A stretch of DNA of 64,000 nucleotides from Dehalococcoidia bacterium (GTDB lineage Bacteria > Chloroflexota > Dehalococcoidia > Lucifugimonadales > JAGWBF01), in contig CBDEGP010000001.1 of assembly GCA_965237875.1 (NCBI GenBank), positions 1,051,355 to 1,115,354 of the forward strand. Direction: 5' to 3'. The position numbers and the translations under genes are program-made. This document shows, one piece after another, positions 52,962-60,605 of the stretch; the stretch's first letter is position 1, and the number at the start of each line of letters is the position of its first letter. The notes beneath the pieces were generated by a model. It did no database searches. It was not told the origin of the DNA and saw only the letters and a list, made by a program, of their open reading frames with translations.

Positions 52962-55344
52962 CGTTCATGCCGTCAGCCTGGCCTTCGGCGGCGGTTGCCG
53001 CCTGCGACTCGCCATCCTCTTGGGCGACGGACGGAGCGTCTGCCCGGCGCCGCAGCTTATCGAGCACGAATTCCTCGGCCAATTCATCTCCCCCGAACAG
53101 TCGTTCCTCCAGGTACGGGAGGACGCTGTGCTCCCATATGCGGCGGACAGCGTCCTCGTTGAGTCCTGGCTTCATGAAGTAGCTAGGTCCGATGGCGGCG
53201 TGCCGGTCGTCCTTCAACAGCGCATTGGCCCGTTCAACCATGTCGGCCACCCACTCCATGCGGTCCGCATTTTTGTGCAGCCATTTCCTGAGAACGCATT
53301 TCACCGGCTCGTCGTCCGGGTGAAACATCTTGAAGTAGAACCGGCGGCGCAGCGCCATGTCCACCAGGGCTATCGAACGGTCAGCCGTGTTCATCGTCCC
53401 GATGATGTACAGGTTGCGCGGTAGCGAGAACGGCTTGTCCGAGTATTGGAGATTCATCTTGCTGTCGCGGTACTCCAGCAGGAAGTACAGCTCCCCGAAC
53501 ACCTTGGCGACGTTGCCCCGGTTGATCTCGTCTATCACGAGGAAGTGGTCAGCGTCCTGCTCCTCCCGTGCGCGCTCGGCGGCCCGCAGCAACGGCCCGT
53601 CCCGCAGTACGAATCCGGGATGTCCATCCTCTGAGGCCCTGGGGCGGAAGCCCTGCACGAAGTCCTCGTAGGCGTAGGACGGATGGAACTGCACCAGTGT
53701 AACCCGCTCGCCCGACCCCGCAAGACACGCGGCCAGCTTTTGCGCAACGTACGTCTTCCCCGTGCCCGGCGGCCCCTGGAAGATGACCTGCCTCTTGTCC
53801 TTGAGCAGCATCTCGATCTCCTCCAGGAAATCGACGGGGAGATATACTTTCTCTGCGAGGATTTCTAAATTGGTAGGTTCAGGTGGCGGCGGCGGGGGCT
53901 CGCCATTCTGGGGCATTCCCCAGATCACTGACTGCGCGTCGAGTCGGTGGCGTAAGGTTAATCCACGCTCCGCCGCTTCCTCTATGAAACGGTCAAGGAA
54001 GCCAAGAGCGTGCTCATACTGTGCGACCATCTGGCGTAACGGAGTCTCCGATGACTCTTGTTTGGGTGTCGGGTGCCCTGTTTGTGCGTATGCACGTTCA
54101 AACAAACTTCGTCGGATAGGAGGGTGATCTTCTGCGCCAAGGCCCATCAACAAGACAGATACGATGTCTGTTAAAGCCGACGCCGACCTAATCCTGTCCA
54201 TCAGAATGCTGGTAGTGATGTGGAATCGTGTCTCAAGGTCCGGGTTTGTAGTTGACCACAGATTCCACAGTTCCTCTCGCATGGCATCGGGATTTTCGTC
54301 AAGTATCTCCTGGAATGTCGCTTTGACACGCCAATCGATGAGATTATTATGGTTCTTGAGCGCATCTTCTAACAGGTTTTGCCAATTACCAGCACCGTTA
54401 GCTACTGCACTACTGGCCTCTTCCAGCTTTCTGCCTATCTCCAGCTTGTATTCAATTTCTTCACTTTCCAGCCTACCTGAGTCAACGTATTCCTTAGCGC
54501 GCCTGATGAACTCATCCCACGGGTCAGGTGCAGGGGAACGCCACTTGTCTTGGATATCATCGTCATAGAAATCGAAATCTCTACCGAGCTCAGCCTCAAG
54601 ACCGTGGCGGATCTGCTGGATTTTTCGGTCAACGTCCTCGGTTGGTTGTGTGATATGGTGCGCGAACGCACTCGCGTCGGCCATGCTATTTTTATGCTCG
54701 ATGCTGACGGTACCCTCGAAGGTATCGGGATGGACCAGATGGAGTGTGGCCTCCCGCTGAATGTGTGGCCTATCGTGGGGGCCGTGAAGCAACTCGCTTC
54801 TTAGGTCAACCCGCAGAGCAAAGTTCTTGAACCCCCACGGGTCATCAAGCAATCGTTCTCGTTCATTCGAATCCCGCTCTTTCCATTGTTCGACGAATTC
54901 TATGAGAAACCCGACCTGAAATGGCCGGCCGATATGGAAATATTGCCCCGGGTTGGCGATGCCCGGCGTAAGACCCGCAACTAGTTCCGGTGGGATTGCT
55001 ACTGGCGACGGAGACCAGCTGAGCACGGTGTCCATCACTCTCCGTTCATTAACGCTATTCTTTGTGAACACTATAAGGAAGTAAACGTAAAGCACTTCGC
55101 CCATCAACTGATAGACCTCTGGGGGACTGCCTGCCAGCTGTCCCTGCAACTTATCAAGGAAGCTGGCATCCGACTCGTCCGGTTGGTTTAGGAACCTCCG
55201 GTGGAGTTCCCCAAGCCACCGGCTCGACCATATCGGCGTTCCCGGAGTGAACAACGACTCGTCGGTCCGCAGCGCGCGGTCTACCCATGCGCTGGCTGCC
55301 GCGTAAACGTTTTCGGCGCCTTCTAGTGTCTTTCTGCTGCCCAT
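52948..55344 (-). CDS. mcrB: McrB-like AAA+ GTPase subunit with ~515-aa unrecognised N-terminal region
   Basis: Walker A FQGPPGTGKTY, Walker B FLVIDEINRGN and the McrB signature IIGTMNTADRS. I trimmed the start to ATG 55344, which has GGAGAA upstream. The 147 extra codons of ORF 52948..55785 run antisense through the CoA-transferase gene. Confidence 0.87.
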   Translation of the reverse strand: MGSRKTLEGAENVYAAASAWVDRALRTDESLFTPGTPIWSSRWLGELHRRFLNQPDESDASFLDKLQGQLAGSPPEVYQLMGEVLYVYFLIVFTKNSVNERRVMDTVLSWSPSPVAIPPELVAGLTPGIANPGQYFHIGRPFQVGFLIEFVEQWKERDSNERERLLDDPWGFKNFALRVDLRSELLHGPHDRPHIQREATLHLVHPDTFEGTVSIEHKNSMADASAFAHHITQPTEDVDRKIQQIRHGLEAELGRDFDFYDDDIQDKWRSPAPDPWDEFIRRAKEYVDSGRLESEEIEYKLEIGRKLEEASSAVANGAGNWQNLLEDALKNHNNLIDWRVKATFQEILDENPDAMREELWNLWSTTNPDLETRFHITTSILMDRIRSASALTDIVSVLLMGLGAEDHPPIRRSLFERAYAQTGHPTPKQESSETPLRQMVAQYEHALGFLDRFIEEAAERGLTLRHRLDAQSVIWGMPQNGEPPPPPPEPTNLEILAEKVYLPVDFLEEIEMLLKDKRQVIFQGPPGTGKTYVAQKLAACLAGSGERVTLVQFHPSYAYEDFVQGFRPRASEDGHPGFVLRDGPLLRAAERAREEQDADHFLVIDEINRGNVAKVFGELYFLLEYRDSKMNLQYSDKPFSLPRNLYIIGTMNTADRSIALVDMALRRRFYFKMFHPDDEPVKCVLRKWLHKNADRMEWVADMVERANALLKDDRHAAIGPSYFMKPGLNEDAVRRIWEHSVLPYLEERLFGGDELAEEFVLDKLRRRADAPSVAQEDGESQAATAAEGQADGMNDASD

Positions 55345-55417
55345 CGTTCTCCTTCTGCCGTTGCGCTCGGCCCCGGTGCTCCTCGCCGGCGGAGGGGTCT
55401 GCCGTGTAACCCACCGC

Positions 55418-55427
55418 ATTATATAAT
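55418..55427. promoter_or_regulatory. palindromic ATTATATAAT giving a TATAAT -10 hexamer on both strands
   Basis: It is the only AT-rich block in the 115-bp divergent spacer between mcrB (minus) and the CoA-transferase (plus). Confidence 0.35.
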
Positions 55428-55459
55428 AGCGGTCGATAAACCCAGCAGGAGAGAACCCA

Positions 55460-56701
55460 GTGTCCAACAACATGCCCACTGTCGATGGAGCGTTGAGCGG
55501 AGTCAAGGTGGTTGACTGCACCCAAATCATGGCCGGGCCCTTCTGCACGCTGCTCTTGGCGGACATGGGCGCCGACGTGATTAAGGTGGAGAAGCCCAAC
55601 GGCGGGGACGACTCCCGTCGGCTGGGCCCGCCCTTCATCCGGGACTGGTCAGCCGCCTTTCTGGCCGTGAACCGCAACAAGAGAAGCATCGCGCTCGACC
55701 TGCGGACGGAGGAAGGTAAAGAGGTCTTCTTGCGGTTGGCGGAAGGGGCCGACGTAGTGGCGGAAAACTTTCGCCCGGGCGCCATGGACCGGCTGGGTTT
55801 GGGATATGGAGACCTGAAGCGTTTGAACCCGGCATTGGTCTACTGCTCGGTGTCGGGCTTCGGCCAGACGGGGCCATACAGCAGGCGGGGCGGGTTCGAC
55901 CTGGTGGCCCAGGGCATGAGCGGGATAATGAGCGTCACCGGAACGCCGGGCGGCCCCCCGGTGAAGGTGGGAGTGCCCATCACAGACCTTACGGCTGGGA
56001 TGTACGCCGCTTACGGTGTGCTCACGGCATACATCCACCGGCTCAAGACGGGTGAAGGCCAGCTGGTGGACACGTCATTGCTGGAAGCCGGAGTGGCCTA
56101 CACTTTCTGGGAGTCGTCCGTGTACTTCTCAACCGGGGAGACTCCGGGCCCGCTCGGCTCGGCCCACCGCCTGTCGGCGCCCTATCAGGCGTTAAGGACC
56201 GCCGACGGGTACATCAACCTGGGCGCCGCCAACCAGTCCACATGGGAAGCGATGTGTGCAGCCATCGGGAGAACGGACCTGTTGGAAGACCCAAGGTTCA
56301 CGTCCAACGCTGACCGGAAGCCCAGGGAGGCGGAACTGGCGGCCATCCTGGAGGAGACTTTCACTGCCGGAACCACAGAACATTGGGTTGAGGTACTGGA
56401 GGGGGCGGGAGTCCCGGCGGGGCCCATCATGGACATGGAGCAGGTCTACTCCGATCCCCACGTGTTGGACAGGGAGATGCTGGTGGAGCTCTCCGACCCG
56501 GAGTTGGGCGTCCTGAAGAACATAGGCATTCCGGTCAAACTGTCCAAGACTCCCGGACAGATCCGCAGCCGCGCCCCAAAGCTGGGAGAGCATACGGCGG
56601 AAGTCCTGGTGGGAGCGGGCTATTCGGAAGCTGAGGTCGCGGCTCTCATCGAGGCCGGTGTCGCGCTAAAGACCCCTCGCTCCTTGGCGAGAGAGGGTTA
56701 G
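55460..56701 (+). CDS. family III CoA-transferase (CaiB/BaiF type)
   Basis: GVKVVDCTQIMAGPFCTLLLADMGADVIKVE N-terminus. 413 aa. The start is GTG 55460 or ATG 55472. Confidence 0.9.
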   Translation: MSNNMPTVDGALSGVKVVDCTQIMAGPFCTLLLADMGADVIKVEKPNGGDDSRRLGPPFIRDWSAAFLAVNRNKRSIALDLRTEEGKEVFLRLAEGADVVAENFRPGAMDRLGLGYGDLKRLNPALVYCSVSGFGQTGPYSRRGGFDLVAQGMSGIMSVTGTPGGPPVKVGVPITDLTAGMYAAYGVLTAYIHRLKTGEGQLVDTSLLEAGVAYTFWESSVYFSTGETPGPLGSAHRLSAPYQALRTADGYINLGAANQSTWEAMCAAIGRTDLLEDPRFTSNADRKPREAELAAILEETFTAGTTEHWVEVLEGAGVPAGPIMDMEQVYSDPHVLDREMLVELSDPELGVLKNIGIPVKLSKTPGQIRSRAPKLGEHTAEVLVGAGYSEAEVAALIEAGVALKTPRSLAREG

Positions 56702-56743
56702 AGCCTGCCCTGAGCCTGTCGAAGGGGTGAGGGGGAAAGGTCT

Positions 56744-57133
56744 CTAGCCGGATGCGTGGTGATGGACCATCCGCCAACCGTCGGCGCCGCGGGCGAATAT
56801 GTTGGTGGCCTGAACGCCGAAGTTGGACGCCCGCGCGTCCACCACGCTGCTGATGTTTTCGATGCAATTCACCCAGGCCGCGTCTCCTTGGATGACCACC
56901 GTGGGGTTGGTGACGTTGAAGTGCATCAGAGACGTGTTGTTGAAGATGTTCGCCCAGCTTTGGCGCACACGCTCCCAACCTAGGAGCGGAGGCCAGCCCG
57001 GGTGGGTGCACAACACCCGGTCCGAATGTTCCCACACCTGGTCCATCCGGTCGATGTCCAAGCTTCCGAACGCCTCGTAGAAGTGCAGGTTCGCTTCCAA
57101 GACAGCCTGCGCCTCGGGGTGCTCCGAGGTCAT
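56744..57133 (-). CDS. NTF2-like (SnoaL/DUF4440-type) protein
   Basis: 129 aa, reading LEANLHFYEAFGSLDIDRMDQVWEHSDRVLCTHPGW. I trimmed the start to ATG 57133, which has AGGAGG upstream. Confidence 0.75.
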   Translation of the reverse strand: MTSEHPEAQAVLEANLHFYEAFGSLDIDRMDQVWEHSDRVLCTHPGWPPLLGWERVRQSWANIFNNTSLMHFNVTNPTVVIQGDAAWVNCIENISSVVDARASNFGVQATNIFARGADGWRMVHHHASG

Positions 57134-57174
57134 AACGGACCTCCTGACAGAATCGCTAACCCAGCAATAGATTG

Positions 57175-57312
57175 TACCAGACGGCGGCGACCTGGGAGAC
57201 GCCGGTTCTCGGCTCCTGAAGGGGCGAGACGTGCTACTATTCTCTGGGTTTGTGGGAGGCGGTGTTGTCCGATAAGGTTTCGCTGACAACTGAAGGCGCC
57301 GCAGCAGTCGTC
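57175..57312 (+). repeat. direct repeat copy A: relic copy of enoyl-CoA hydratase promoter, RBS and first ~16 codons
   Basis: It aligns without gaps with 58587..58724, about 75% overall by eye, with 16/16 and 30/32 identical cores. It includes TGCTACTAT, GGGAGG and the codons for KVSLTTEGAAAVV. Confidence 0.85.
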
Positions 57313-57349
57313 TATCTTTCAATGTATTCTTGGGCGGTCATTCGCATGC

Positions 57350-58480
57350 TTATGGAGCAGGCGCATTCTGAGTCGGCGGAGCGTGGTCGGGTATGTCCAG
57401 CTTGGCCACTTGTTCCTGCACCCAGGCGTAGATGGCGGAGTTGATCTTCACCTCCAACCAGCCGTCGCGGAAGCCTTCTATCTGTTGGTCCACAAGCCAA
57501 TTGGTCAAGGCCTGGTCCTTCATGCGTTCTCTCATCAGGTCGCTGACTTCACGCTGAGCGGGCCCGTCGAGCATCTGGATGATGTACGTGCCCGACTCTG
57601 TGAAAATCGGGCCGCGGACCTCATCGACCTGCAGACGCTCGATTTCGCCTTCTGGGTCGCCGTATATGGGCTTGTCCAGGAATGTGAAAGCGTCTTTAGG
57701 GACCCAACCCACGTAACCCTGGCCGTCTGCATACCGCCGTTCGCTGTTGACCTCTGCCGCGACCGCCGAGAAGTCCTCTTCTTCAAGCCGCTGCCGCACT
57801 TCTTCAGGGTCCGCTTGAGGGACGCCCACCTGAGTCTCCTGCAAGCTGGAGGGTAGAACGATCCACCGGAGCTCCACACTCTCCGCGATGGAGGGTATCC
57901 GTTCTCCCAGCTTTCCCCTGGTCCTTTCCCTCAGGATGCTCTCTTCCACAATTTCCCTGTAATCCGAGTCTGATATGTGGGCCGAGGTGAGGAATATCTG
58001 GTACCGCTCTCTGAATTCCCGCTCCAATTGTCCGGGAGCGGCCTCGTCGGGGTCATTCACTCTGGGAGCGAAGTTCTCACGGAGTCGGAGGTCCACGTTG
58101 GCGTCCGTGACGAAAATGTTAAAAGTCGGAGCGGCGCGCCTCATTATTCCGGCGTGTGTAAGCTCACTCAGCACCTCGAAGGGCGCTTTACCCACCTGGT
58201 AGGTCTGACCCAACGCCGCCGCTATGGACCGCTCCAGCCGTATCCTGGTTACTATGTCGTCCTGGGTGTAGACCTTGTCTCCAACCCGTACGGCCAGCGC
58301 CCTGTTGGTACCTACAGGAGTTGACGTCAGGGGTTCTGTGGTCTTGGTGGCCGTGTCATTCCCGGCGCTGGTAGGCATAGGCGTTGACGCTGGCGCAACC
58401 GGCGTGGCGCCCTGCCCGCCGCACCCTATCGTCGCAATAACTAGCGATACAGCCAAGTACAGACCGATTTTCTTGATCAC
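57350..58480 (-). CDS. PrsA/SurA-like lipoprotein with parvulin (PpiC) peptidyl-prolyl isomerase domain
   Basis: Lipobox VIATIGC, a Thr/Pro linker and a parvulin-like block YADGQGYVGWVPKDAF...GPIFTESGTYIIQML. GTG start. Confidence 0.8.
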   Translation of the reverse strand: MIKKIGLYLAVSLVIATIGCGGQGATPVAPASTPMPTSAGNDTATKTTEPLTSTPVGTNRALAVRVGDKVYTQDDIVTRIRLERSIAAALGQTYQVGKAPFEVLSELTHAGIMRRAAPTFNIFVTDANVDLRLRENFAPRVNDPDEAAPGQLEREFRERYQIFLTSAHISDSDYREIVEESILRERTRGKLGERIPSIAESVELRWIVLPSSLQETQVGVPQADPEEVRQRLEEEDFSAVAAEVNSERRYADGQGYVGWVPKDAFTFLDKPIYGDPEGEIERLQVDEVRGPIFTESGTYIIQMLDGPAQREVSDLMRERMKDQALTNWLVDQQIEGFRDGWLEVKINSAIYAWVQEQVAKLDIPDHAPPTQNAPAP

Positions 58481-58586
58481 GCATACCCCTCGCCAGGTCT
58501 CATTCTCGTGTGTCGGTGATAGCCTACGCCCTAGTCGATGCCGGTTCTCTCAACATGTCGTGAAACGGTAGTCCAACGCCTAATTT

Positions 58587-58724
58587 TACCAGACGGCGGC
58601 GACTCCGGAGGACGCGATTCGGGGGCCTACGCGGGTCAGGATGTGCTACTATACTCTGGGTTCGTGGGAGGCGGCATTGGCTGGTAAGGTCTCGCTGACA
58701 ACCGAAGGCGCCGCGGCGGTGGTC
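58587..58724 (+). repeat. direct repeat copy B: functional promoter/5' end of enoyl-CoA hydratase gene
   Basis: See copy A. The offset between the copies is 1412 bp, and they bracket the PPIase gene. Confidence 0.85.
58644..58652 (+). promoter_or_regulatory. extended -10 element TGCTACTAT of enoyl-CoA hydratase gene
   Basis: It lies 25 nt upstream of TTG 58677. An identical element is duplicated at 57232..57240. Confidence 0.4.
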
Positions 58725-59474
58725 ACGTTGAACGCGCCGGAAGCGCGAAACGCCCTGACCAATGAGACCATCGACGAACTGTCGGACGCCCTGGCGGAAT
58801 GTGGGTCCAGCGCTGTCCGCGCTGTGGTCCTGACCGGCGCAGGAAGCGCTTTCTGCTCAGGCGCCGACCTCAGGGAGTTCTACTCCTGGCTGGACCTGGG
58901 CGAGAAAGAGTTTTCGGCGAGGTTGTACGCCATCGCCGACCGGATACACACGAAGGTGGTCGAAAGCATTCGAAGCCTGCCCAAGCCGGTCATAGCGTCT
59001 GTGAACGGCGTCGCCGCCGGAGCCGGAGCTGCCATAGCGTTGGCGTGCGACTTCCGCATCGCCTCCGAGGACGCCCGGTTCTTCCTGGCGTTCGCCAACA
59101 TCGGGGCCACAGCCGACAGCGGCTCCACCTACTACCTGCCCCGGCTGGTGGGTCAGGCAAAAGCGATGGAAATCTACCTGATGAAGCAGCCCATGAGCGC
59201 CCAAGCCTGTCTGGAAATGGGCCTGTTCAACCGGGTTGCGCCTGCGGACAAGCTGGCAGCGCACACGATGGAAATCGCCCATCAGCTTGCCTCCGGTCCG
59301 ACCGCCGCGTATGGTCGGGTCAAGTCCCTCATGGACGGCTCGTGGACCTCCGACCTTGCCTCTCAACTGAAAGAAGAGGCAAAGATGTTGGGCGCCAGCG
59401 GCCTGACCCATGACTTCAAGGAGGGCATACGGGCGTTCATCGAGAAACGGGCGCCTGAATACGTGGGGGAATAG
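58677..59474 (+). CDS. enoyl-CoA hydratase/isomerase (crotonase) family protein
   Basis: VVLTGAGSAFCSGADL oxyanion-hole motif. I moved the start to TTG 58677, 5 nt after GGGAGG. The ATG 58641 of the ORF track lies at or upstream of the predicted -10 box. Confidence 0.88.
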   Translation: MAGKVSLTTEGAAAVVTLNAPEARNALTNETIDELSDALAECGSSAVRAVVLTGAGSAFCSGADLREFYSWLDLGEKEFSARLYAIADRIHTKVVESIRSLPKPVIASVNGVAAGAGAAIALACDFRIASEDARFFLAFANIGATADSGSTYYLPRLVGQAKAMEIYLMKQPMSAQACLEMGLFNRVAPADKLAAHTMEIAHQLASGPTAAYGRVKSLMDGSWTSDLASQLKEEAKMLGASGLTHDFKEGIRAFIEKRAPEYVGE

Positions 59475-59569
59475 AGGAGCGGAAGTGGCTCTTCTCCAGA
59501 GTCGGGGTTTTCGCAAATTTGGATGATGGCGTTGCTGAATCCGATGGTCGGATACGAGAATCGCAGTTT

Positions 59570-59596
59570 CTGGATTCCGGCCTCCGCCGGAATGAC
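59570..59596 (+). repeat. 27-nt repeat CTGGATTCCGGCCTCCGCCGGAATGAC
   Basis: 26/27 identical to 8629..8655. Its end, CCGGAATGAC, resembles the MITE-like terminal repeat TCGGAATGAC. Confidence 0.8.
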
Positions 59597-59659
59597 GGTT
59601 GTGCAAAGGTCTCGTCAAGGTCGAGAGACCATAGCCCGAACAAATAAGGAGGAAGGAAA

Positions 59660-60604
59660 ATGGTAAAGGACTTCTACCACACCGGTTTCGTCGTGGCGGA
59701 CTTGGATAAGTCCATGACATATTACAGGGACACCATGGGGCTTCAACTTCTCCGCCACGGAGAAAGCGAGACGGGGCCCGGCAGACCCAGCCCGCTGGGA
59801 TTCGACCACACCCACCTGAAAGTGGCCTTTCTCAGCCTGGGCAATGGACACCACCTGGAACTGATTCAGTACATAGACCCCGAAAGCCCGGAGGAGGGCG
59901 GCTTCAGGCCCAACGACCAGGGCGCAACTCACGTGGCCTTTTTCACGAGGGACGTGGACGGGTATGCGGCGGACATGTCCCAGAAGGGCCTTACGTTCCC
60001 CGGCACGGTCAACCGCCGGACCGACGACAACGGCAAGGTGGTCCGCAAGGTCGTCTACTCTCAGGACCCCGACGGGAACTGGTTGGAGTTCATCGAGCCC
60101 ATCATCGAGTGGGAAAAGGACCCTCCCCCCGAGGGAGGCCCACTGGTCTCGTTCTTCCACACGGGTTTCGTAGTGAAGGACATCGAGGAATCGGTGAAGT
60201 TCTACAAGGACAGCATGGGCCTCAACCTTGTGCGGCGCGTGGACAACGGACCGGCGACGGGCCTTAGTTCATCGGGCATCCAGGGGGCGCACTTACTTGC
60301 GGCCTTCTTCAGCATCAGCGAAAACCACCCGGGCCACCAGATTGAGCTCATCCAGTACCTCTATCCGGAAGGTGACGACAAGCATCTGGACCGCCACGTC
60401 CTGGGCGCGACCCACCTGTGCTTCTTCGTGGACGACATGGATGAGTTCTCCTCGTCAATGTCCGGGGGAGGACTCGATTTCCTCACGGACCCCGTAACCC
60501 TGGAACGAGGTGAGATGGTCTTGAAGGTCGCCTATGCGCGGGACCCCGACGGGAACTGGCTGGAGTTCATACAGCACGTAAGCGGCCCGCTTCCCTCGTC
60601 CTAG
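59660..60604 (+). CDS. tandem VOC-domain protein (glyoxalase / extradiol-dioxygenase-like)
   Basis: Two VOC modules (FYHTGFVVADLDKSMTYYRDTMGL and FFHTGFVVKDIEESVKFYKDSMGL). Each ends in DPDGNWLEFI. Confidence 0.85.
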   Translation: MVKDFYHTGFVVADLDKSMTYYRDTMGLQLLRHGESETGPGRPSPLGFDHTHLKVAFLSLGNGHHLELIQYIDPESPEEGGFRPNDQGATHVAFFTRDVDGYAADMSQKGLTFPGTVNRRTDDNGKVVRKVVYSQDPDGNWLEFIEPIIEWEKDPPPEGGPLVSFFHTGFVVKDIEESVKFYKDSMGLNLVRRVDNGPATGLSSSGIQGAHLLAAFFSISENHPGHQIELIQYLYPEGDDKHLDRHVLGATHLCFFVDDMDEFSSSMSGGGLDFLTDPVTLERGEMVLKVAYARDPDGNWLEFIQHVSGPLPSS

Positions 60605-60605
60605 G

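Noticed and set aside
55345-55785. The 147-codon N-terminal extension of the McrB ORF (track ORF 52948..55785)
   Set aside because: It crosses the divergent spacer and runs antisense through the CoA-transferase gene. Its sequence is low-complexity (SSVRRSSAMLLLL...). ATG 55344 has an RBS and gives a sensible protein.
57250-57444. 64-aa ORF MWEAVLSDKVSLTTEGAAAVVYLSMYS...
   Set aside because: Only its first ~20 codons resemble anything (the duplicated 5' end of the enoyl-CoA hydratase gene). The rest is antisense to the PPIase gene. I treat it as a relic within repeat copy A, not a gene.
57175-58724. Possibility that the 138-bp repeat pair is a diversity-generating retroelement TR/VR pair
   Set aside because: There is no reverse transcriptase in the window. 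Mismatches are not adenine-specific. One copy spans a promoter/RBS rather than the 3' end of a target gene.
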